Positions 1 through 12,107 of a stretch of DNA of 64,000 bases are shown in pieces. How positions within the stretch are numbered: position 1 is the first letter of the stretch; every line of letters begins with the position of its first letter. The DNA lies in the NCBI GenBank assembly GCA_002269645.1, contig NIVC01002524.1, positions 100,415 to 164,414 of the forward strand, given 5' to 3'. Origin of the DNA: Macrostomum lignano. Its lineage: Eukaryota. Below the pieces are notes generated by a model. The model saw nothing but the letters and a program-made list of their open reading frames with translations. It had not been told where the DNA came from and made no database searches. The position numbers and the translations under genes were made by a program.

Positions 1-140
1 TCCGTGGGGGCGGTTTTAGAGCGGAAAAGACTCCGTGGGGGCGGTTTTAGAGGGGAAAAGACTCCGTGGGGGCGGTTTACAGGGGAAAAGACTCCGTGGG
101 GGCGGTTTTAGACTTTTAGAGCGGAAAAGACTCCGTGGGG
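1..140. repeat. 31-bp tandem repeat (TCCGTGGGGGCGGTTTTAGAGSGGAAAAGAC), about 4.5 copies, truncated by the window edge
   Basis: The unit recurs at 1, 32, 63 and about 93, with a degenerate copy near 132. Confidence 0.9.
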
Positions 141-1175
141 TGGGGGGATTTTAGAACGGGAGTTTCTGGACGGAAAGGTTTTACAGAATGGGCAAATCCT
201 TATTCAGGATCTTTAGTCAATTGGATAATTTAAATTATAATCTTATGGCAGACAATAAAAAGGAAATAATGTATTCAGAAGCCTCTTAATGAAGTTAAGA
301 GTCTTGAGTAATTGTTTCACATATCAATTTGAATTGGTCAGCAAATTGACAGCTGCTAAGCGAATGAACCTGAACAAACAAATTCTATATGCTTATGTTA
401 AGAGCGTAAAAGTGTGGACTCCTTAAATATAATCTATAACAGTCTCGATAAACAATGGATATAGCAGGATAAACGTGTCAGATTAAAAAAAAACAAAAAA
501 TGTGAACAACAGAAAACTACAACAATGACAAAGAAAAATTGTGAGAAGCAGGTGGTTAAACAGCGTAATAGGATTAATGGAAATAGCTTAAGTTATCAAA
601 TATTCGATAAGCTGTGTTGGATCAATTTTGTAGCAAGATCGAGGCCTTGCAACGTGCCAGGTCAGAATGAGACTGCCCCTGGATACAGACAGACAAAATT
701 ACTATAATATGCAGCATTTATTACTGTAATTAATATTATGCATCAGTGGAGGCGGTTGAGAATGAAACATTCAAGAGATTTTCACTTCTATCATGGCAAA
801 ATAGTCTAATCAAAACACATTAAGTTACTTTGTGCGAATGAACTTGCTACTCACACTAGCTACGCTTAAGTAGTATTGATAGCGTATTCTTCTTAAAATC
901 TACACAAAAAATTAAAAACGAAAAAGAGTAACAACAATCATTAGAAAACGAATGGATTAACAAACAGGACAACAATGCTTGCAATTTGCAACATTACTTT
1001 ATAGCAGAGACTATCTGGCATAACTAATAAAACGCCTCACTACTTAATATATAGGTAACATTGATGGGCAACGCCAGTCAGTCAGTAGACACTAGCAGTT
1101 ATTTTTGTATAAAATCGGCCTTCAAAACTCATTTTAATGAATATTTTTTTCCTAAAACGAACACCTACCCCCAGT

Positions 1176-1493
1176 CACAGATACTAAAATAACTAGATAG
1201 GCCACTCAGCTTTCTACTTTCAGTTCAGTAGCAAAGAAGAATACATAAGCTATTTTATAAAAATAAAGGCAGCTGAAATGACTTTGATAAGTTTAGAAGC
1301 CCAAGCTTGCAGGCAGGGGCAGGGGTGTGGAAGGCGCGATTGGAGGGTTTAAGCTGGGGGGGGGGGTAAGAGACAATAAAAGAGCTTTGGCTTTGAAAAT
1401 ACATTAAAATGCTTCGGTTTAACTTGCTACTGAACTGAAAGTAGATTAAACGCAAATTGGCAAGGGGCCCATCTAGTTATTTTAGTATCTGTG
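1176..1493. mobile_element. Non-autonomous DNA transposon (MITE), P-element-like termini
   Basis: Perfect 23-bp TIR CACAGATACTAAAATAACTAGAT. Flanks CCCCCAGT / CCCCCAGC match at 7 of 8 bases as a TSD. Subterminal inverted repeat CTACTTTCAGTTCAGTAGCAA. A second copy lies at 42713-43122. Confidence 0.85.
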
Positions 1494-1662
1494 CCCCCAG
1501 CCAATGAAATTTTGAAGGCCGATTTCAACTAATGTTTGCAATCTTCTGGATAGACTAATCACGAGATTTTACGCTTGTCAGATTCCCGACAAAAGCTACG
1601 AGGAACATTATTTGAATGAGGTCAGTAAATAGTCATCTAGACACACATTAATATTAGCCTTC

Positions 1663-3657
1663 TTAATCCATGAACTTGCGGTTGGGATTGCCGCCAAAAA
1701 GAATGTAACGCAGCTCGGGCACCATCTGCGCGCTGATCTGCTCCAGACGGCTCTCCAAGTTGTTACACACTCGAATTTTGCCAGCCCGACCGATTACATC
1801 AACGCCGCCAACTGAGTCTGGCGGCAGGAAATTCTGCTTATCAACCTGCAGTTTCACTGGCCGGCCGGTCTCACGCTTGTACCGATCGGCTGCCGCGCCC
1901 ATCACGCGCTCGACTAGGTGAACATCGGCCTGGCGACAGCGGAGCACCGCCTCGGGTTCTAGCAGTTGGAACAGGCCCTGAGTAACCAGGCCCTCCATTA
2001 GCTGGGCGTATCTGGGCGGGCGGGTGTAGTTTATGAGTTTATAGCAAGTCATAGAACAGAGCATTTATACATTGTTATTACTATAGATAAGGGTGGATCT
2101 GAAGCTCACGCCCCCCCCCCCAAGGCACACAGATCGTACAAGCGTGACGAAGAGAAATTCCGGGCCAAGAAACATCCCAGAGTCACTTTAATCGTCCCAG
2201 AGTCACTTTAATCGTCCCAGAGTCACTTTCATCGTCCCAGAGTCACTTTCATCGTCCCAGATGTTACTTTCATCGTCCCAGATGTCACTTTCATCGTCCC
2301 AGAGTCACTTTCATCGTCCCAGAGTCACTTTCATCGTCCCAGATGTCACTTTCATCGTCCCAGATGTCACTTTCATCGTCCCAGAGTCACTTTCATCGTC
2401 CCAGATTCACTTTCATCGTCCCAGATGTTACTTTCATCGTCCCAGATGTCACTTTCATCGTCCCAGAGTCACTTTCATCGTCCCAGAGTCACTTTCATCG
2501 TCCCAGATGTCACTTTCATCGTCCCAGATGTCACTTTCATCGTCCCAGAGTCACTTTCATCGTCCCAGATTCACTTTCATCGTCCCAGAGTCACTTTCAT
2601 CGTCCCAGATGTCACTTTCATCGTCCCAGAGTCACTTTCATCGTCCCAGATGTCACTTTCATCGTCCCAGATGTCACTTTCATCGTCCCAGAGTCACTTT
2701 CAGCGTCCCAGAGTCACTTTCAGCGTCCCAGAGTCACTTTCATCGTCCCAGAGTCACTTTCATCGTCCCAGAGTCACTTTCATCGTCCCAGAGTCACTTT
2801 CATCGTCCCAGAGTCACTTTCATCGTCCCAGATGTCACTTTCATCGTCCCAGAGTCACTTTCATCGTCCCAGATGTCACTTTCATCGTCCCAGATGTCAC
2901 TTTCATCGTCCCAGATGTCACTTTCATCGTCCCAGAGTCACTTTCAGCGTCCCAGAGTCACTTTCAGCGTCCCTGAGTCACTTTCATCGTCCCAGATGTC
3001 ACGGTAACAAGTCGCCAAAAAGTGGCCTAAGAGTCCATTTGAGGCGTTTTATTGTCCATAGAGTCGTATCTGAGGCGTGCTGGAGTCGTTGTAGAATCAC
3101 TGAGTTGCGTCTAAAGCGCCTCTCTGTTGACCGTCGCATTACAGTCGTTAAAAAGTCGCTAGAGAGTTGTTTGCAATGACATTTTTTGGCGATTCTTGTA
3201 ACGGTAATGTTTTCAACGTATTGATTTGGGCCTAAAGTGTCAAAAGACCCCTGCAAACCAACTAACAGGAAAGTTCCATACCAAATTTCAAGCGCAAGCA
3301 GTTTACCCAAGCTTACTTTCCCTGGTCCTTGACAATCTCCCGCAGGCGCTGCGTGGTCTCAGTCAGAACGTCGCGCAGGTGCTGATCGCGCGCCTTCAGC
3401 ACCCGCAGTCGGCCGTCGTTTTTCATATTGGAGTGCTGAATCTTCTTCTGCAACTCAGTCTGCTTCTCCTTTTTGCCATAGAATTCTAGGATCTTGACGC
3501 GTTCCTGCTGAACTAGACGCGACTTTTCAATGTTGAACTCTTCCTCGGCCTTGTTGTCAATCTCTTCTTTCTTCTCGTTGGCCTCCTGCTCGATGAAGGC
3601 CATCATCTGCTTGATCTGGCGTTCCACATCCGCGTCGCTTAAACCGCTACCGGACAT
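1663..3657 (-). CDS. ATP6V1E: V-type proton ATPase subunit E (2 exons, 229 aa)
   Basis: Exon 1 3657-3317 ([34 protein letters not shown]...), donor GTAAGC. Exon 2 2011-1663 after CCCAG ([19 protein letters not shown]...[10 protein letters not shown]...[12 protein letters not shown]). The phase-2 junction gives 690 nt in frame. Confidence 0.96.
2173..3000. repeat. 20/21-bp minisatellite (CCCAGA[G/TG]TCACTTTCATCGT), about 40 copies, in the ATP6V1E intron
   Basis: Direct tandem units are visible; they explain the spurious ORFs 2261..3179. Confidence 0.97.
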
Positions 3658-3775
3658 TTTTCTAGCTTAGTAGATTAGATTAAATTACAACTGATTAATT
3701 ACGACAGGCCTGTGGGACTTCCCAGTCATGAAAATTGTTTGATTAGCGATGGCGTTAACAGACACTCTATTCACC

Positions 3776-4176
<401 letters not shown>

Positions 4177-4551
4177 GATATTATATACATATTGAAATAC
4201 GCAGCTTGCGGCATAATTGAAGGCCAGCTGTCAGCATGATAAATTAAATTGAGCACAAGTTCACTCTGAATAGAAACTGCGCAGTGTTCGGACTTCCGAC
4301 ACCACACAATTCAAAGGACTTACAACTAGAAAAGGCTTAAAACAGCAAATAACTAAGACATAAGCCAGTTTTTTAATCCACGTAGCAGCATCGAGCGCGC
4401 GCACGGAGCAGAGCCTGCAGGCAGAGCAGCAGAGTAAAGATTTATCAATCAACTTATCGCAAACATCTGGCCACAAGTTGAGTCAATCGGTCTCTTGGTG
4501 TAGCATGTAGCTAAATTATATCTTCGCCTACGTTCAGCCTATATTGGAACT

Positions 4552-4971
4552 TTAGCGAGGTCCCTGTGGACGGGCAGCGAATCCGCCGGCTCCCTGCGGG
4601 CCGCGGCCGCCCTGAGCGCCACCGGGGCCGCCTGCGCCCTGGTCCGGCCGGCTTGGGCCGCCAAAGCGGGGCGGCGGCGTGCGGTCCTTGCGGGCCTCGT
4701 GCGATCGGTTGCGCACCACCTTGGAGTGGATGGCGCAGCTGACGCAGTACTGCAGCTTGGCGTACAGCTTCGGCAGAGCGTAGGTGTTGGCCTCGTACAC
4801 GGAGTTCTCGTTGATGTCGCGAACGGCGGCGGCTTCAACAATATTGCGGATGATGAACTTTTTAATTGATTTGTCCTTGGGCGTGCACCGGCCGCAGTTG
4901 GTGCAGCGGACAATGCGGACGTGGCCGCGGCCCTTCTTGCTCCGTCCGTGATTGCGTCGCTTAACAGTCAT
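4552..4971 (-). CDS. RPS26: 40S ribosomal protein S26 (eS26), 139 aa, no intron in the CDS
   Basis: [44 protein letters not shown]...[36 protein letters not shown] is the eS26 signature. Confidence 0.98.
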   Translation of the reverse strand: MTVKRRNHGRSKKGRGHVRIVRCTNCGRCTPKDKSIKKFIIRNIVEAAAVRDINENSVYEANTYALPKLYAKLQYCVSCAIHSKVVRNRSHEARKDRTPPPRFGGPSRPDQGAGGPGGAQGGRGPQGAGGFAARPQGPR

Positions 4972-5630
4972 GCTGTGTACTGTGCTGGCTGAGGGGAATA
5001 TATTTATTCAATTATAGGAAATTAGCTACTCAACTTAACAGCTTCTCATAATGTCGATTGTCGATCATTCATTTTAAGTTCTAGATTTCAGTAGATGCTC
5101 CTGCATTTATTATTCTAAAGACTGACCATATATTGAAATTTTTGTGATAATCAGCATGTTTTTTATTATCAAAGCTAATCAGGCTATACAAGCTAGAATG
5201 AGCCCTAAAAATAGAGAAGCAGGCACTGTTTATAGGGGTTGTAGTTGTAGGCTATACATACTTCAAGCTAGTATACTCAAGGACAACTCACTTTGATATT
5301 AATAAATATAATCTAATAAAATAAAGCCAAAAATATAACTTACTTTTTTCCTTACAATTTTTAAACCTTAAAATTCTTTTAGATAACCAAAAAGTTGCTA
5401 ATTATGCAAGTTAATTTGATTTTTCAAATTACAAGCTATGTGCCTTAGATTTATAATCTTTTAAAGCAGAGATTTTAATATTCCAATAATATTTTTTAAT
5501 AAATTACATAAAATTTAATGCACATGTCTTGCTTTGGCAGTGAGAGTTAAAGGTGCTGTTTTATGGGGTCATATGCAATAGACAGTTTGATTCAATGCAT
5601 TTATATATTATATAGTGGATATAATAATTT

Positions 5631-5765
5631 TGGAGCCCAGTTAAAGTCAAAAAAACAAGATTCTAGCAAAGCTTATGGTGCCAATAGAGCCCAGTTCAAG
5701 GCAAAAAAACTATGAGTCCAACAAAGCTAATGGTGTCAATGGAGCCTAGTTTGAAGTTAAAAACA
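5631..5765. repeat. Degenerate tandem repeat of about 55 bp, about 2.5 copies
   Basis: TGGAGCCCAGTT...AAAGCTWATGGTGYCAA recurs at 5631, 5685 and 5740. Confidence 0.6.
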
Positions 5766-8731
5766 TAAAAAAATAGTTTTTCTTAAGAAAAAAGTAAATG
5801 TATACTTTGTTGCCAATAATAGTATCAAGTTATAGTAGCAACTAACTAGAAAAAGTCTTAAGACAACTATAGAAGATGGCTCTTGGGATCTTTACTTACA
5901 AATAAAGTTCCCTACTTGCAAAGGACTTAGCACTTGTCTTAGCACTTGCTTGTATTTAAAAAATAGAAACTATATACCAAAGGGTGTTGTGACATACATG
6001 CGCAACAGTCGGCCGAGTTGGCCAATCTGGCCAACTGATTTGGCAGCCAACCAAGGTAAGTTGCAAAAATGCCCATCCAAATAAATACCAAAGTAGTACT
6101 AAGTAGATGATGAGGCATTTTGTCTTAATAAGACAGTCATAGTTACTCCTGTCGTTTACCCAAAGTTGTGTTAATTTTGCTTCAGGGCTTCTTTTACATA
6201 TAAGTCACATTTTTGGCCAAAAACTACATTGCATTTTTGTTAAAACTAAGTTGCATGGGCACTAGTCAGCTGTTGCCCTTGCCCTCCCCCCCAGGCTTCT
6301 GTCTGCTGCTGGGGCAGTTGCTTGTCCCTCCTGCCTACCCTCTGGCCTGTCTTTTGCCTATTTGCTTGTTTGTCCTTGTTTGCCCCCGTTTGCCTCGTGT
6401 TCTCATTTTGCAGTGCCTAGATAGCTTGGTTTGGCCTGCCTCTGTTTCATTCTTTGTTTGGCACCTCCAAATTTGGAGTGCCATTCTGTTTTCTGGTCCC
6501 ACAGTCACGAGTGCCTTCACTTGTGGGCCTTTCCCCTTGTCATGTGAGCCAGTCACATGACAAGGCCTTCTTTTTTCTTTAGTCCAAAGTGCAATGATTT
6601 CATCATTGTACGCTAGGCTCATGTTTATGGGGAGATCATGTGCACCCAGACCCCCTTGTCTCCTCTGAGGCAGGGCCTGCTTGTTTGTTGCTAAAAATAG
6701 CAATAGTCACCTGACTCTCAGCAAGGGTCTTTTGTGCTATGGTGCAATCGATCCTCCCTATAAATGCAGCCCCTTTCATGGCTTGGCTCAGACAAGCTTT
6801 TCAGCCTTTCTGTTTTCCCGAGTAACCATTGTCCTAGTCCAGCGTATACTTTAAGTTTGTATACTGAGTTCGCATCTGAGTTTGAACTCCCAAGACTCCT
6901 GACTTTGTGCATGACTACCTCTGATTGCTCTTGCTATCAATTAGCAGACCAGCTTGGATCGCCCGAAGCTAGCACTTTTGCTCTTACCCCACACCAGCCT
7001 GGTAGGGACTGCTGATGGTGGGCACCTCTGCGTGAGAACTGCTAAATCTGCACAAAGTGCAAGTCTCTTTCTCTCATCTTAGTTAGTTGCATCTACAAGC
7101 TCAGCACCTCACCAAAGGCTGCGACTCTGCAAAGCTGGTGGCAGCACTACCTATGCTACAAGTATTGTTTCTAAGAAACTGGCAGCTAGAGGTCACCGTC
7201 CTGCGCTAGGAGACCTACCAGGCCATCTCCAGCCAATATCCCAGAAGCCTATACTTCAAAAACAAGGTTTTGTTTTAACAATTTCCATTTGAGTGCGCCC
7301 TGGTGCATGTGGCAATGGGGTTGCCATAGTTAATTAATTTTTATTTAAATAGTTATTCAAATGCGTGCCCATATTTTCTTGCGTGATTGCCAACCTATGG
7401 GGCCAACTGTAGTTCAATGACCTCACCTTTCCCTCTGTTGGCCCCAAGTATGGACCATTTGTTGAAATTTATTTTTCTAATTTCTGGCCCAATGCATTTT
7501 CATTAGCTGTTTTTAATCATTTTCTGCATGTTTTCAGTCAGTTTTTACTCAATAGCCATTGCCTGGCCCCGGTATTGGCGAGTTCAGGCCCCACACCTAG
7601 AATTAATATATATGTCTTATTATAAATAAGTTGCGCTCTGTTTAATTTCTGCATGCTCTTTCGCTCCCCCTCTCCTTTCTGTTTGCACTTTTGCTCTCGT
7701 CTTTTTACTGTTAGATTAGCATATCAGTTTCTTTATTTTAAGTTTTCATTAGCGCACTGGTGCCCATGAAATCAATTGTCAGTAGCAATTTATTTTGATC
7801 TATAAATAACCTGCTCAAGCTATTAATAATCTGCTTCAATAATAAATATTGACAACTTAAACCTTTAATATTTATTTCATTGACATAAGCCATGGCCTAT
7901 CTTGAATCATTTGCCTGTGGGGCATAAAATAAACAAATTCTCAACTCAAAGAAAGCTCTGAGACCCTTTACAGGTCATTACTAGTGGCAGCAACTACCCT
8001 ACTGAAAAGTAACCAGCTCAGCAAATTGACACATTAATTTATGGCATCAGCAATCTTTGGTGTTTCAATATTTGAACAACTGTGCCGCTCTACAACCACT
8101 CCGCTACAATTACGACTACCCCCCCTTGGACTTGAGAACCCGGCTGTCAGAGTAAAAGGATAAGAAATTTGTTGTGATTTGTTTACACAATTTTATGGCT
8201 TCATTTGTGCGAATGCAACGCTAACCAGTTTCGAGGAAACCCCAATCCCAATTTTCAAACCAAATCATTTATTTTCTTTCTCCACCCCCACCTCAAAATA
8301 CTTAGACCTATTCTAAGAAATATTCTCAGACTTATTCTAAGATAAATAAACTCATAATTTATTAATAGAATATAAGCTTGGTGACAGTAAGTAAGATTAA
8401 CAAAATAATAATTAAGAGCCCTGTTACAACTATAGGGAACAGCAGTGGGATAATTTTAGTAAAATGAAACATACCTGTAACAACTTTGGTGTCAGCAGTT
8501 GAGATTTCCATAGAGAGCCAAAGGGCCTATAATATTATTGTTAGAAATAAAATATTCTATAGAATATATCATTCTTGGATTAGATACAAAACTTATAAAG
8601 AAAGCCATGAAGATAGCAAATTCCTGTATGCCAATAACAATGGTATGCACAAAAGACAAAACATTTAAAAGATAATGCAAAGCATTTCTTCAAGACAAAT
8701 ATGGCATTGGTAAGCCCTAACTCAAAATGAA

Positions 8732-9180
8732 GGCAGTGCTTATCTCCACGGTACTATAGGAATAATTTCTGTCTTATTCCAACAGTACCGTGGGAATAAT
8801 TTTCTGCTTATCCGCACGGCACACTGACGAGATAGCTGGCCCATCTTCTATATATGCTGTGGGAATATTAATTTAGTACTTACGGTTTAAGTGTAGTATA
8901 ACAAAATAACTAAATAGGCCTAGAAGTAAAGATTTAATGGCTTTTTTATGAAAAAAACGCTGGTTGTGGTGTTGATCTAGATCAACAGCTTCTTAGTATC
9001 CTCAATTTAAATTCCCTTTCAAAAAGCTATAAACTATTCACATACAGCATATATATATAGAAAGAAGATATGGCAGCTATCTCGTCAATGTGCCGTGCAG
9101 ATAAGCAGAAAATTATTTGTTGGAATTCGTGGGAATAAGACAGAAATTATTCCTACGGTACTGTGGGGATAAGCACTGCC
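8732..9180. mobile_element. Mutator (MULE)-like MITE / foldback element
   Basis: Imperfect TIRs of about 130 bp (GGCAGTGCTTATC...CGAGATAGCTG...). Perfect 9-bp TSD CAAAATGAA at 8723-8731 and 9181-9189. Confidence 0.85.
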
Positions 9181-10002
9181 CAAAATGAAATGCAATGATA
9201 GGCCTATTGTTTTTGGTTCCAACCAAAGGTCTAAAAATTTCTGCCACATAAACATATTTATAAAAAGATTATCTCATATAGTGTTTTCATTGAAAGTACA
9301 ATTCTATAGTTTATAAAATATTGCCTTTTATATTTACAATGGGGTTCAAAATGTTTGTCATTCAGCCATTTTAAAAACTTGATTTTCAAAGCACTGTGTA
9401 AAGACAAAAGTGCTTATAATATGGAATATATAGGGTATGCTCATATAGTGTTTTCTTTCCATGCCTTTTAAAGTTTATTTTTGCACAAAGCCTGAGCACC
9501 TCTCTGGATTTTTAGCAAAATGGATAAGAAGAAGTACTGAGCACTCAACACATTTTTTCACCTTGAAAAGGCTAAAAAAATCAATAGCGATTGAAAAGAA
9601 GGAGAGTGTTTAAGCATTAAGTAAATTAATAACTAATATGTAGGTAAAATGCTAAATAAACTTAAGATCATATTAACATCGACTGTAAATATAAAATATT
9701 TTTAACATTTGCCACTGATTCTGCCAACGTTGTGAACTAAGACGAAGTTAAAAATGAATACTCATTAAACTTAAATTTGCGGTAAAAAGCAGCGATAAAA
9801 CAATTTTTTGTTAGGTAAAATCTAAATTTCAATACACATCAATGAATATCATTTGCTGTATTGTTTGTAACAGCAATAAAACTTTAAACTTTTAAAATTT
9901 TAATTAATTTTTTTACATTTTAAGAATGCAAAACGACGTAAGTTTACTCTGCTACCGCTTTCATGCCTTTCAACCTCAGTGTGCACTCTGTCGGGTCCAT
10001 GA

Positions 10003-10078
10003 GAATTGCCCGCAGACGAATTGCCCGCAGACGAATTGCCCGCCGAGATATGCCCGCAGGAGATTTTCCCGCCGAGAT
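10003..10078. repeat. 15-bp tandem repeat GAATTGCCCGCAGAC (3 good and 2 degenerate copies), possibly a transposon subterminal remnant
   Basis: Direct reading; the partner end was not found. Confidence 0.6.
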
Positions 10079-10670
10079 TAAAATTTTAAAATTAAGGCAA
10101 AAAAGAACTGCTATAGGATTTCTTTCCTGTGTATTTTATTAATTATCTTCAGAAATTCCCATCACGATATCTGTAAATCAAATTATATAGAGTGATAGTG
10201 TCGTTTACTATCCGCAACTTAGAGTTCATTACATCTTTAACAACCAATTGGCGCAATATAAATTTCAACTCCTGATTTTCGAGACTACATGTACTTGTAG
10301 AATTGTACTTTTGTCATATACATGTACATGTACTTGTACTTGGATTCAATTTATTGAATTGAATAAATTGGGCTATACATTGTCACCAATTTACACGTAG
10401 CTATAATTTTTTTCTTCTGAAATGCTATAAAGCGAAGTTTTCGAATACTTTTCTCAAATACCTTAAATATTATAATTAGCTCTGCCGAATAAGTCGCTGA
10501 TCAAAGCACTGCACTTGGAGCTACATATTCTGGCAAATGAAAAGGCATCCTTACTTACTGGTTAGTATGTACAGTAAGTGCGAGAATGCACGCGATTTTG
10601 GTGCAAAAAAACACAGAACTGCAATTACGCCTCTTAGAAATAATGAAACTATACCGGTATTCTGCAAGTT

Positions 10671-12107
10671 CTAGAGCTCGGACTTAACGCCCTCAAACTT
10701 GTTGGGCCGTTTCTCGGCGTGGAATTTCTCAGCTGCGCGAACAAACGCGCGCACCTCCGAGTTCATTAAGTCGGGCAGTTCGAAAGCGGCAAAGTGACCG
10801 CCGTGGTCGAAATCAGCGTAGTGCAACAAGTTCGGATTGGTGACCCGGACGAAGCGCTCAGGAACACGGGAGAGCTCGTGGGCCAGGCAAGTCACTCCAT
10901 ACGGCACATCGGATGGCATTGATTGATAAGCTGAGGTAGCTTCCATGTCGCTGCCGAACGACTCCTTGTAAAGCCGCATGGACGAAGTGATGCTGCCAGT
11001 TGTCCAATAGATCATTACATTAGTCAGAAGCTCGTCCAGGCTGAATGTCGCCTTCAAGCCGACTAGGTTGCCATTTTCGGCAAAAAGATTCCCTGGCAAA
11101 GTCCACACGCTGAACTTTTCAATGATGTAGGCAGCCAGGCCCACTGGTGAGTCTGACAGGGCGTGGCCCACTGAGTCCGGCCGAGTCGAGTGTAGATGCA
11201 TGTGCCCCGACTCTCGAATCGTGTTGCCGAACTTCTCCAGGTAGGGGAAGAGCTTGCCACAGTCCAGCCTGTTGAACAGGACACCTTCTGGCAGGAATGA
11301 TCCCAGAATCGTCTGGATCATTATCGACGGCTGACGAACTGGCTGAGCAGGCATATTTGTATGAAAGCCGAGCACTCGCTCCGGAAACAATCGAGGCATC
11401 ACGTGACCGATGACGCTGCCGAAATCACCGGCTTGGATGTAATACTGGCGATACCCGAGCCTGACCATCAGCTTGTCGAACACTCGAGCACAGGCAGCGG
11501 CACTGAAGCCTCGCTTCTTCGCCGCTTCGGACCACCCGTATCCCGGAATCGAGGGAGCTACAACTTCGAACGCCAACCCGTCCGTATCTGGAGTCGTCAG
11601 CAGTGGAATCAGCTTGTAAAACTCGAACACTGACCCGGGCCAACCGTGCAAAATCAACAGAGGCACTCGCTTCTTCACCCCCTTCTTCGACGGTTTCAGG
11701 TGCATAAAGTGCACTTTTAGTCCTTCGATCCGAGTGAAATAGTTCGGAAAACTGTTCAGGCGATCCTCCCAGACTCGCCAGTTGTATTTGTTGAGCCAGT
11801 GAGACACCAGCTGCTTCATGAAGGCGCCGTTGAAGCCGTACTCGAAGCCGGAGTTCTCGACCGGCTCCACAAACTTGAACGCTTTCAAGCGCGACCTCAA
11901 ATCGTCGAGTGTTGCATTGCTGACAGACAGTCTTGTGGCTTCCACCGCTTCGCCGTCGCTGCTTGAGTCGCTCGAGGCACCCCAGTTGAGCGTGGCTGGC
12001 AGGGCCGGCTTATCCGGAGCTGCGAGATTGTCCAGGCAGCCGAGGCCCGCAAGAAGCACGAATGCCAGACAGGCAGTGCAGGCCAGTGGGAGCAGAGTGT
12101 TGCACAT
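10671..12107 (-). CDS. EPHX1: Microsomal epoxide hydrolase (EPHX1/JHEH family) paralog A, 478 aa, single exon
   Basis: N-terminal hydrophobic anchor, HGWP oxyanion motif, AGDFG nucleophile elbow, RLYKE tyrosine and GGHFAAFE catalytic His. Confidence 0.95.
   Translation of the reverse strand: MCNTLLPLACTACLAFVLLAGLGCLDNLAAPDKPALPATLNWGASSDSSSDGEAVEATRLSVSNATLDDLRSRLKAFKFVEPVENSGFEYGFNGAFMKQLVSHWLNKYNWRVWEDRLNSFPNYFTRIEGLKVHFMHLKPSKKGVKKRVPLLILHGWPGSVFEFYKLIPLLTTPDTDGLAFEVVAPSIPGYGWSEAAKKRGFSAAACARVFDKLMVRLGYRQYYIQAGDFGSVIGHVMPRLFPERVLGFHTNMPAQPVRQPSIMIQTILGSFLPEGVLFNRLDCGKLFPYLEKFGNTIRESGHMHLHSTRPDSVGHALSDSPVGLAAYIIEKFSVWTLPGNLFAENGNLVGLKATFSLDELLTNVMIYWTTGSITSSMRLYKESFGSDMEATSAYQSMPSDVPYGVTCLAHELSRVPERFVRVTNPNLLHYADFDHGGHFAAFELPDLMNSEVRAFVRAAEKFHAEKRPNKFEGVKSEL

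Noticed and set aside
2173-3000. ATP6V1E intron array as another tandem mini-intron array
   Set aside because: On the gene strand the unit has AAAGTG, with AG and GT sharing one G, so there is no AG|GT junction, branch motif or pyrimidine tract.
2261-3179. Long ORFs of 183-278 aa
   Set aside because: They are translations of the 20/21-bp intronic minisatellite, on the strand opposite ATP6V1E.
5985-7950. Possible LTR or decayed retroelement (starts TGTTGTG, raised GC)
   Set aside because: I found no second LTR, convincing PBS or recognisable gag/pol motif.
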